NCBI GenBank assembly: GCA_025839675.1
Contig: CP104013.1
Location: 2,520,001 to 2,552,000 of the forward strand
DNA from: Candidatus Lokiarchaeum ossiferum
GTDB lineage: Archaea > Asgardarchaeota > Lokiarchaeia > Sigyniarchaeales > Promethearchaeaceae
Direction: 5' to 3'
DNA: 32,000 nucleotides
Below, in pieces: positions 18,484 to 26,133 of this stretch. Under the pieces are notes generated by a model that worked only from the letters and a program-made list of their open reading frames with translations, had not been told where the DNA came from and ran no database searches. Both the position numbers and the translations under genes were made by a program. The stretch's first letter is position 1. Each line of letters starts with the position of its first letter.

Positions 18484-19503
18484 TTAATTAATTTGAAATC
18501 CACAAAATTCACAAAATTTGTGACCCCTTTTTGTAGGTTTCCCACATTTAGCACAAAATTTACGTATAACCACATTCTGAACTTGAACACGGATTGGTTG
18601 TTGGTATTGATAACCAGGTTGCGATTTTTGTGTGGGTGTTATCACTTTTTGATTATTGTCTTTCATTTTTTTCTCTGATCGCCCTCTAACAATTAAAAGG
18701 GAAATCAATGCGATAGGAATCACAGCCCACCAGAACCAATTGAAGCGCCCATCGGAAAATCCATCGACAAAGACTAAATATAATGAAATTGAAGCGGGAT
18801 ACGCTAAAAAGATTTTAATAGACATCTTTTGTCCAAACGCTTTCTTTTTAGAAGCGAAATAGAAGATCGCATGGAAGAAAATATTAACACCCCATGACAT
18901 AGCAGGCCACAGAAACCATGCATAATCCAATCCATTCAAAATATTGAGAATAAAGAGGAAGGAATTAACTGCGATGTAAATAATAACATGATTAACGAAG
19001 ACTAATCGATTGAGCACAATTTTACGCGCAATTCGATTGGGTTCTTTTACTTCAGGGTCAATATTTTCCATTTCACGAAGAACCATGTGATTAAATCGGC
19101 TATCACTATTACCAAATTGAGGTTTCACAATTTTATTTATTCCATAATGATTAAGCCAAATTAAAGCGAGTGGTATAACTGCAAAAATGAACCATTGAAT
19201 CTTTCTATCTTCAAACCAATCATTCCAAATCAAATAAGCAGATGTAATAATAGTTATGGAAGCATGAATTGCCAAACTTCTATCATACGTATTGTCAAAA
19301 ATATTAATTAATATAATAATCGCTGCATGTAAAACAATTGCGATACCCCAAGACATCAGAGGCCACATGTGCCAGCGAACAGAATATCCAGTTAAAAAAT
19401 TGATAATAAAAAGTAATATATTAACGCTAATATAGACGATAAAATGGATTTTTAAACCCAATAATCGTTTGTCATGTTCTTGATCTTTTTCATTTTCACT
19501 CAA
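18484..19503 (-). CDS. polytopic membrane protein with an internally duplicated 2TM-type module and a C-terminal zinc ribbon
   Basis: There are two copies of the pattern h.vYi.VN..LFi.N...G....W..WP..SWG..i..HA. Each is followed by two more TM helices (WFEDRKIQWFIFAVIPLALI versus FSDGRFNWFWWAVIPIALI). The C-terminus reads FCAKCGKPTKRGHKFCEFCG. Confidence 0.7.
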   Translation of the reverse strand: MSENEKDQEHDKRLLGLKIHFIVYISVNILLFIINFLTGYSVRWHMWPLMSWGIAIVLHAAIIILINIFDNTYDRSLAIHASITIITSAYLIWNDWFEDRKIQWFIFAVIPLALIWLNHYGINKIVKPQFGNSDSRFNHMVLREMENIDPEVKEPNRIARKIVLNRLVFVNHVIIYIAVNSFLFILNILNGLDYAWFLWPAMSWGVNIFFHAIFYFASKKKAFGQKMSIKIFLAYPASISLYLVFVDGFSDGRFNWFWWAVIPIALISLLIVRGRSEKKMKDNNQKVITPTQKSQPGYQYQQPIRVQVQNVVIRKFCAKCGKPTKRGHKFCEFCGFQIN

Positions 19504-19626
19504 TTAATTCACCAAAATTTCCTATGATGCTATATTGGATTTAACAAAATAACATTGATTAATTAAATTAATGCCAATCCTTAGCAAATAAATTAAGTGA
19601 AAATAAGAGCAAAACAAAAAAGAACG

Positions 19627-19635
19627 AAAAAAAAA
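19627..19635 (-). terminator. oligo-T tract (T9 on the minus strand) after the 547-aa helical protein gene
   Basis: An A9 run on the plus strand lies 9-17 nt beyond the stop at 19644-19646. Confidence 0.4.
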
Positions 19636-19643
19636 TATCTTGT

Positions 19644-21287
19644 TTATGATTTCTTTGGTGTCGATTTCTTTGGTGTCGATTTTTTTATGGTTTTTTTTGA
19701 TGATTTCTTGGAAGATTTTTTCGTTGGTTTCGCAGCGGCTGGTTTAGGGGCAGATTCAGTCTTTTTCACAGGTTTTTCTTCTGTTTTCTTAGGGGCAGGT
19801 GTTTTTTTCACAGGAGCAGGAACCTTCTTCTCAGGTTTAACAGTTTTTTCAACCGGTTTTGATCGCAAATCTACAGAATTAAATTCCTTTTTAATTTCAA
19901 TGTCTTTGGCCAAAATTTCGGTATTTGCAATAATATTGAATGCTTGATCATGGAATTTCAAGTTTCGTTCTAATATCGAAGTGAGACTATTTTTACACGC
20001 TTCAATTTTGGAGACGGTGAATAAATGCGTATTCTGGGTCAAAATATTATGTTCATGATTCGTTATTTTATCTAACCGAGCAACATTTTCTTTGGCTTCT
20101 TCCAATTCTCCAGGTTTTAAATTGTTAGCTTCTTTTCCTCGGATTTTTTGCAGGATTCCTTCCCATTTTTTATGATCCTTATAGTTTTCCAGTGTTTTTT
20201 CAAGTTGCTCCAATAATGTTTCTTTTTCTTTGATTGTGTTATCAATTGGTTGAATAAATTCAAACCGCATTTGCTTAACAAATGCTTCTCGATTAGATTC
20301 GATAGTTTCCAGACCCTCAGCAAAGTTTTCAATTGCATTCTGAATTCCAGGAGTTTCTTCTTTCGCGAATTCCTTAAATAAAGTTATCGCTTTACGTGTT
20401 TCAACTTGTAGAAGCAGATGAGCATCCAACAATTGCACATTTTCTTTTCTCACTTTCTCCAATCTTGATCCAACATTTTTGACGGTATTTCGTAGAATTT
20501 TCATTCCCTCAACATAATCTTCGGTGTTTAAACGTGGAATAGGATACAAAATGGCAGAAGTAGACTCTTTCTGGATATTTATTTTATCTACAAAATCTTT
20601 TGTATCAGTTAGTGAATTAATTCCGATCGAGTGTAATTTCTTGTATTCTTGGACGAGTAAAGTCAATGTACGCTTCATATTTTCGAGTTTGTTCTTTGCA
20701 AGTTTTATTTTCAGCATAGACTCATTTTTCTTTCGTGTACTCAACAATTCTTCGGATTCTTTTACACCATCTTCGGCATTTTTTATGGATAAATCGAGTT
20801 TTTCTAATTTTGCTTCTTCTAACCCATCACGAGGTTTTTCTTTTTTTGCCTTGAGTTTTTCTTGACTCTTTTCCAAAGCGGTTTGAGCCGTACCAGTCAA
20901 AGTTTCTGCTTTATAAACTTCTCTTTGTAAATGAGCAAGTTCTTTAATAGGATCTACGAAAGATGTTTCAAGCATTGTCACCATAGCAGTTCGTGAAACT
21001 TCTATACTCTTTAAGGCATCTGACAAATTGATAAAAGCTTGTTTCAATCCAGGAGATTCATGTTCCCCAAAAATTTTGAGAGCAATGATTCCCTCATTAC
21101 TTTCCTTGCATAATTTAAGATGGCTTTTTAGCATTTGATTATTGGCATCAACAATATCCTCTAATTTGAGATGGACATTAGAAAAACGGTCTTTGATGAC
21201 TAAGAATTGTTCTTGTATTTTCTGTAGTATGTTCATTGATATGTTCCCCATTACATGTTTGATCGATGTTGAATAAAAAGGTTCCAT
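19644..21287 (-). CDS. all-helical protein with two tandem homologous ~210-aa domains (BAR-like by pattern) and a Lys/Pro-rich polybasic C-terminal tail
   Basis: The internal duplication is visible by eye: residues 77-116 (ESPGLKQAFINLSDALKSIEVSRTAMVTMLETSFVDPIKE) align with 311-350 (ETPGIQNAIENFAEGLETIESNREAFVKQMRFEFIQPIDN). The composition is helix-rich and charged. The tail (residues 476-547) has 26 Lys in 72 residues. That it is a real gene is near certain. The BAR assignment is inference. Confidence 0.6.
   Translation of the reverse strand: MEPFYSTSIKHVMGNISMNILQKIQEQFLVIKDRFSNVHLKLEDIVDANNQMLKSHLKLCKESNEGIIALKIFGEHESPGLKQAFINLSDALKSIEVSRTAMVTMLETSFVDPIKELAHLQREVYKAETLTGTAQTALEKSQEKLKAKKEKPRDGLEEAKLEKLDLSIKNAEDGVKESEELLSTRKKNESMLKIKLAKNKLENMKRTLTLLVQEYKKLHSIGINSLTDTKDFVDKINIQKESTSAILYPIPRLNTEDYVEGMKILRNTVKNVGSRLEKVRKENVQLLDAHLLLQVETRKAITLFKEFAKEETPGIQNAIENFAEGLETIESNREAFVKQMRFEFIQPIDNTIKEKETLLEQLEKTLENYKDHKKWEGILQKIRGKEANNLKPGELEEAKENVARLDKITNHEHNILTQNTHLFTVSKIEACKNSLTSILERNLKFHDQAFNIIANTEILAKDIEIKKEFNSVDLRSKPVEKTVKPEKKVPAPVKKTPAPKKTEEKPVKKTESAPKPAAAKPTKKSSKKSSKKTIKKSTPKKSTPKKS
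19648..19682 (-). repeat. 15-bp tandem repeat (GATTTCTTTGGTGTC, 2 full copies and a partial third) encoding KKSTP-KKSTP-KK at the extreme C-terminus
   Basis: Copies at 19648-19662 and 19663-19677 are identical, and the third decays after 5 nt. Confidence 0.9.
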
Positions 21288-21328
21288 TTAAACCAAAAAT
21301 ATAATAAAGCTTAGAGAGAAAAACGGGG

Positions 21329-21337
21329 AAAAAAAAA
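21329..21337 (-). terminator. oligo-T tract (T9 on the minus strand) after the AAC(3)-family gene
   Basis: An A9 run on the plus strand lies 13 nt beyond the stop at 21350-21352. It separates that gene from the start of the helical-protein gene. Confidence 0.4.
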
Positions 21338-21349
21338 CTTATTTAATAT

Positions 21350-22183
21350 TTAATTCAGAAGATAGGATCGATGGGTTTTCATCCACTCTACAGCAAAATC
21401 GACTAGATCAACTTGCGAGAGCAAAATTGCTTCCGCATTTACAATTTTGTTTCGAATATACCCAATAGATTCTTCAAAAGCTTTCCCTATTTCAGGGAAG
21501 TCTTCATCTTCGTAAGAAAAATCATCCCATTCAACCCACTTTCTCTGTCCATTCTCAAGTACAGCTGCTCCTTGAGATTCCATAGGATTATTAGGAATAT
21601 TGGCTTTAGATTCTGCAAGATGTAAAGATGAATTATTACTATGACCAACACCCAAAAGGAGAATTTTCCCTCCCATTTCATAAATCCGCCCAAGGGGAGA
21701 ATTTTCTCCAAACGATGGAAAATAAGGCTGATTAGCAGTAATTATGGGGGCATTCTTTCCCCAAGCAGTGAATGAATTTTGAGGATGATTACTCCGTATC
21801 ACTCCCGGGTATGTTCTAAATAGATCTGCAATCTTACCCATCATTCGATTAGGAGTAACGTCTGGTCTAAAAGGAGGAAGATTATCACGAATTGTAGGCC
21901 ACCACATCTCTGGGACAGATGGATGTTGCCAAACACTTGGTTCAGAATTTCCACCAGAATGGGCAGGCATAATCAAAGTTCCTTCTTTTGTGACAACTTC
22001 CATCAAGGCTTCCACAACATCGATGGCACCACCCACAACCCAACCAATTTTGCTAAGGGAACTGTGCACAACCAATATATCACCTTTTTGGATTCCAATT
22101 TTCCTAAATTCTGTGATAAGAATATCTTTGGTGATTGGACGAGTAGTTTGGTCTATTATATTTTTTTCTCTTTGTTCGGCCAT
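21350..22183 (-). CDS. aminoglycoside 3-N-acetyltransferase family protein (AAC(3)/YokD-like)
   Basis: Motifs GDILVVHSSLSKIGWVVGGAIDVVEALMEVV..GTLIMP, SNHPQNSFTAWG and LLLGVGHSNNSSLHLAE are typical of the Antibiotic_NAT fold. Confidence 0.85.
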   Translation of the reverse strand: MAEQREKNIIDQTTRPITKDILITEFRKIGIQKGDILVVHSSLSKIGWVVGGAIDVVEALMEVVTKEGTLIMPAHSGGNSEPSVWQHPSVPEMWWPTIRDNLPPFRPDVTPNRMMGKIADLFRTYPGVIRSNHPQNSFTAWGKNAPIITANQPYFPSFGENSPLGRIYEMGGKILLLGVGHSNNSSLHLAESKANIPNNPMESQGAAVLENGQRKWVEWDDFSYEDEDFPEIGKAFEESIGYIRNKIVNAEAILLSQVDLVDFAVEWMKTHRSYLLN

Positions 22184-22246
22184 TTAAGAAATGAAAATTA
22201 TTCTCAGCAAAAAAGTTTAAGAAAATCCAATGTGATTATTCAAAAA

Positions 22247-23089
22247 CTATTCATTTTCTTTAGTGTTATTACTTAACTCCTTCAATATGTCGGGATTTTT
22301 AACAAGCACATCAGTTTTGTGGAAAAAGTTAAAAATGTAATTGAGTTCCTTTCTGGATGCGAAAGAACGCCCAATAATATTTTTGAACGCATGTAATGTT
22401 CGTTCGTAGCGATAGGATTGAAGAGGGATTTTCTTAAGAACTTTTTCCATTATCATAATTAGCCGATCCTTATCTTTTTTATTACCCGGAATGACTTGTG
22501 CATGTCTAACTTCATGCATGGATTGGTAAAGGAAATAAAGAACCACAGCTACAGCATGTGATAAATTTAAAGTAGGATATTCAGGATTCGCACCGATTTT
22601 TATTAGAAAATCAGTTTGTAAGATTTGTTCATTGGACAATCCAGTAGATTCGCGCCCAAATACAATGGCTACTTTTGAAGTGGCATGTAAGATTGAAAGA
22701 TCCAAATCTTCCAAAAAAATTGGAATTCGTTTAATATTTTGATAAGAATACCCCTTTGCACTGGAACCGATAACTACATCAAATCGTTGAAATAGCACCT
22801 TCAGTTCAGTAAATTCATCATCTTTCTCACACGAAATCACTTCAGCATCATTTAGCACATCTTGAGCTTTCATTGCAAAGCCATGAGCATAAGTTTGAAA
22901 AGGATCATCTTGAGGATTGAATAAGATGAGTTTGAAAAATCCAAAATTCTTCATCACACGAGCCACAGAACCGATATTACCACTAGATTCCGTATTTATT
23001 AGAATAATAGTAATATCAACCGATTCAAATTCTTCCAAAAGGGGATTTTGTTGTTGAGAAGGCGGAGATGTGGCATCGATATTCTTCAT
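22247..23089 (-). CDS. trmJ: SpoU/TrmH-family RNA 2'-O-methyltransferase, TrmJ-like
   Basis: IILINTESSGNIGSVARVMKNFGF..LILFNP closely parallels my recollection of the E. coli TrmJ N-terminus ([29 protein letters not shown]). VFGRESTGLSNE and NLSHAVAVVLY motifs are also present. Confidence 0.8.
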   Translation of the reverse strand: MKNIDATSPPSQQQNPLLEEFESVDITIILINTESSGNIGSVARVMKNFGFFKLILFNPQDDPFQTYAHGFAMKAQDVLNDAEVISCEKDDEFTELKVLFQRFDVVIGSSAKGYSYQNIKRIPIFLEDLDLSILHATSKVAIVFGRESTGLSNEQILQTDFLIKIGANPEYPTLNLSHAVAVVLYFLYQSMHEVRHAQVIPGNKKDKDRLIMIMEKVLKKIPLQSYRYERTLHAFKNIIGRSFASRKELNYIFNFFHKTDVLVKNPDILKELSNNTKENE

Positions 23090-23351
23090 TAAGTTTAGAA
23101 ATGCAGAATAAAAAAATAAATTTTGGTTGAATAATTTTGAATTAAATTTTTAACCCTTAGAAAAACGATTTTGGATAATGAAGCTTAGATTACTTATCAG
23201 AAATAAAGATAGGTTTCCACAAGCATTGTATTCACAAAAAAGAAGAAAAAATTGTTTAGCAATTATAAAAATCTTTTAGAAAATCAGACAGCAAAATACG
23301 TGCATCCGTTGAAATCCGAGCCCTTATCTTGAAACCAAGCTTCAATTAATT

Positions 23352-24665
23352 ATGAACGAGTTATCAAATCAACCTTCTGCCCAAACAGAACGAAACTTTA
23401 TAATATTTTGGATAGGACAAATCTTTTCGATCCTTGGATCTTGGGTGGTTAATTTCACCGTAAATTGGTGGGTAGTTAGCACTTTTCAAGATGCCACGAA
23501 GATATCAATCTATTCTGCCTTAACCTACCTTCCTTTTGTCATTACAGTACCTTTTGCAGGAGTGTGGGTCGATCGTTGGAATAAAAAAAAAACAATATTA
23601 ATCTTTGATACGATCATAGCTTTATCGACACTAACCTATTTAATTGCCTTTCAAGCTAATTTCACCCAAATCTGGTTTTTTATACTCATAGGAGCAATAA
23701 ATACATCTTGCTCAGCATTTCATGAATCTGCAGTTGCAGCTATGGTACCTTTAATGGTGCGACGGGAAAATTTAAGTAGAATTAATGGTCTTCGAACATT
23801 TAGTGGTAGCGGGATAAGGATCATTGGCCCTATTATAACGGGTATTTTATTGCGATTTATGCCTTTAGAAAAATCCTTGTGGATAGATTTCATCACATTT
23901 GGAATCGCAGTATGTGCATTATTTTCAATGAAACTACCCGAACCACCTAAAAATCAAGAAAAATCTGAAATAAACTCTGATCATCCTGTTCAAGCCTACT
24001 TTACAGAATTCAAAGAAGGATTTAATGCAATAAAAAATACACCTGTGGTGAAATATTTAGTTATTCTTACACTTATCGCCAATTTTTTACACACACCATA
24101 CAATACGCTCTATACTTTCTTCATTCAAACCACGCATGATGGAACAACAATAGATTATTCATATTTAGTCATGTTTAGCCAAATTGGTATCTTGGTAGGA
24201 TCTTTTCTTATGACTTTGAAAATCAAGTGGAAAGATTTTACCCAATTGGTCATTTTAGGCAATATTGGACTCGGAATTTTTTCAATTATTTCAGCGATAA
24301 CGCCTTATCGCGTGTTTTGGATAATGTATATATGTAACGCAGGCTCAGGAATAATGTTAGGGATAATTTTGGCTTCCTACTATAGCGTTCTCCAAACTAA
24401 TGTTGCACCAGAACTTCAAGGACGAATCTATGCCTTTGATGCTTTCTTATCAGTTTCTATCATGCCAATAGCCATGAGTTTATCGGGATTGATGGCAGAA
24501 GCAATGGGAGTACAATTTTTATTTGTTATTTGTGATGGGATTTCCATTGTATTTAGTTGCTTGATGTTTCCAGTATATTTAAGAATTAAAAAAGAAACAA
24601 ATCGGAACCTTGATGGCTTGGGAGATAAAAAATTGCACAATTACATGCCTAAAGTCCAAGATTAG
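23352..24665 (+). CDS. MFS transporter (DHA3/EntS-like efflux type)
   Basis: It has about 12 hydrophobic segments and the motif GVWVDRWNKKK after TM2. The N-terminus is paralogous to the partial MFS gene at 31729. Confidence 0.85.
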   Translation: MNELSNQPSAQTERNFIIFWIGQIFSILGSWVVNFTVNWWVVSTFQDATKISIYSALTYLPFVITVPFAGVWVDRWNKKKTILIFDTIIALSTLTYLIAFQANFTQIWFFILIGAINTSCSAFHESAVAAMVPLMVRRENLSRINGLRTFSGSGIRIIGPIITGILLRFMPLEKSLWIDFITFGIAVCALFSMKLPEPPKNQEKSEINSDHPVQAYFTEFKEGFNAIKNTPVVKYLVILTLIANFLHTPYNTLYTFFIQTTHDGTTIDYSYLVMFSQIGILVGSFLMTLKIKWKDFTQLVILGNIGLGIFSIISAITPYRVFWIMYICNAGSGIMLGIILASYYSVLQTNVAPELQGRIYAFDAFLSVSIMPIAMSLSGLMAEAMGVQFLFVICDGISIVFSCLMFPVYLRIKKETNRNLDGLGDKKLHNYMPKVQD

Positions 24666-24670
24666 ACCCA

Positions 24671-24686
24671 TTTTTTTTCATTTTTT
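24671..24686 (+). terminator. oligo-T tracts (T8, CA, T6) after the MFS gene
   Basis: The tracts begin 6 nt after the TAG stop. Confidence 0.4.
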
Positions 24687-24785
24687 AGAATTAGAGCATT
24701 TTTAAATATTTTTCAAAAACGAAATATCTATTTCACCGAACAAAATAAACAAATCTTTTTATAACTCTCCATATTTAAGCAAATC

Positions 24786-25220
24786 ATGAGTCTTCTTACG
24801 ATCATAACAATATTTTTTCTTGTAATGGAATTCACAAATGTGGGAGCACTATACTTCTTCCCCGGAACGAAATATGCAAACGCAGTTGGTGTGTTCAATG
24901 CTTGGGAGAAATCTAAACAAGATCCGGAAGTTCATCGTTTAGTAAAATACTTAACTTCTTGGGTTGCTGGAACAAAACTAATCTTTATCGGATTGTTAAT
25001 TGTAATCCTCCTCACTGCAGATGCCACAACCCAATGGTGGGCTGCGGTTGTAATGGTTCTTTCAATTGCGAGCTTTTTCTGGAAACTGTTCCCTTTAATT
25101 CGAAAAATGGATAACGATGATCAGATTTCCCCGAAAAAATATTCACTCGCTCTGGGAATCATGATTGCGGTCTTTATTTCAATGTTTATTATCGCCGTAA
25201 TCTTTGCATGGCCGTTTTAA
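24786..25220 (+). CDS. small membrane protein (about 4 TM helices), unknown function
   Basis: It has an ATG start and four hydrophobic stretches. I recognise no family. Confidence 0.55.
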   Translation: MSLLTIITIFFLVMEFTNVGALYFFPGTKYANAVGVFNAWEKSKQDPEVHRLVKYLTSWVAGTKLIFIGLLIVILLTADATTQWWAAVVMVLSIASFFWKLFPLIRKMDNDDQISPKKYSLALGIMIAVFISMFIIAVIFAWPF

Positions 25221-25263
25221 TCTATTCTTTGAGAAGATTAACTCATTTTAGGACAATTGTGAT

Positions 25264-25273
25264 AAAAAAAAAA
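25264..25273 (-). terminator. oligo-T tract (T10 on the minus strand) after the 153-aa charged protein gene, adjacent to a T6 on the plus strand that could serve the convergent gene
   Basis: The sequence A10 T6 sits between convergent stops at 25220 and 25281. Confidence 0.4.
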
Positions 25274-25280
25274 TTTTTTA

Positions 25281-25742
25281 TCATTTCAGATTTTTTTCAA
25301 TGACTTTCTTTATAACATCTTTTGACCCATCAGTGGCGATTTTCTTGCCTTTTTGAATGAATGGAGAGACAACTGTTTCAACTTTTTCAACCACTTCTTC
25401 AAATTTCGCTTCGATTTTTTTTCCGCCTTTTTCATCAATCTTGTTTTCCAATTTTTCTACTGCAGTTTCAATGCGATCCCCGACGACACGATCCAAACCA
25501 GATTGGAGTTTATTAACAGCATTTTCAATATCTCCTTCGTGATCTTCTAACTTTCTTTGAACGGAATCCATTACATCATGCACTTTCTGACCCGCTTCTG
25601 GTGCTATTTCATCGAGAATTTTAATTCCAGTACCAATCCCTTTTTTGACTAAAGTCACGGATTTGGTGGCATTTTTTAGAGTTTTTGTCCCTGATTTAAC
25701 TGTATCAAATGTATCTTTTATTTTTTTTTTTGTATCGCCCAT
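25281..25742 (-). CDS. small, highly charged, probably all-helical soluble protein, unknown function
   Basis: The 153-aa protein is K/E/D/V/T-rich and has no hydrophobic segment or Cys. Its amphipathic-looking periodicity argues against a random AT-rich ORF. Confidence 0.6.
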   Translation of the reverse strand: MGDTKKKIKDTFDTVKSGTKTLKNATKSVTLVKKGIGTGIKILDEIAPEAGQKVHDVMDSVQRKLEDHEGDIENAVNKLQSGLDRVVGDRIETAVEKLENKIDEKGGKKIEAKFEEVVEKVETVVSPFIQKGKKIATDGSKDVIKKVIEKNLK

Positions 25743-25866
25743 TAGAGATCCCTTTTAAGAGAATTTTTTATAAAAATCAACTACCTTATGAAGATCACAT
25801 AAAGTTCCATCTCTATAAATTTTGTGATAAAATAAATACATGAAGTGAATAAATATATTGAGAAAA

Positions 25867-26106
25867 ATGGAAATTAACAAATCAGCTTCTCACTATCGGA
25901 ACAATCATTCTTTTGCATACATTGCCACAGCAATTTCACTACTAATTATTATCACATCTTTATTCCAGATTTTACCAGAATCTCTAACAATTTTTGCAGT
26001 TCCAATTATTTTGGTGATAATTACACTGTACATTGGTTTAATAGCATATCAATTTCAAAAATTGCAGGAAAAAAGGTTCATATCAGAACTTGTTTCAGAA
26101 AATTGA
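25867..26106 (+). CDS. small membrane protein (2 TM helices), unknown function
   Basis: The ATG at 25867 (MEINKSASHY..) is in frame with the TTG at 25858 used by the ORF track. Two hydrophobic helices are present. Confidence 0.45.
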   Translation: MEINKSASHYRNNHSFAYIATAISLLIIITSLFQILPESLTIFAVPIILVIITLYIGLIAYQFQKLQEKRFISELVSEN

Positions 26107-26133
26107 AGAGCAATTGAATCATGGACCACTCAT

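Noticed and set aside
19597-19947. A 116-aa plus-strand ORF with an FFGVDFFGVDFF repeat.
   Set aside because: It is the antisense reading of the lysine-rich tail and 15-bp tandem repeat of the minus-strand gene, not an independent gene.
21350-24665. AAC(3) plus a SpoU-family methyltransferase plus a DHA3-type MFS gene read as an antibiotic-resistance island.
   Set aside because: The methyltransferase N-terminus matches the housekeeping tRNA enzyme TrmJ closely, not the rRNA-resistance SpoU members. The genes are on different strands with their own terminators. No mobile-element genes or flanking repeats are present.
25281-25742. The 153-aa charged helical protein as an ESCRT-III/Snf7-like or PspA-like protein.
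   Set aside because: It is too short. It lacks the basic-N/acidic-C polarity and the long helical-hairpin pattern of ESCRT-III, since both ends are basic. No Vps4-like or other ESCRT gene lies nearby.
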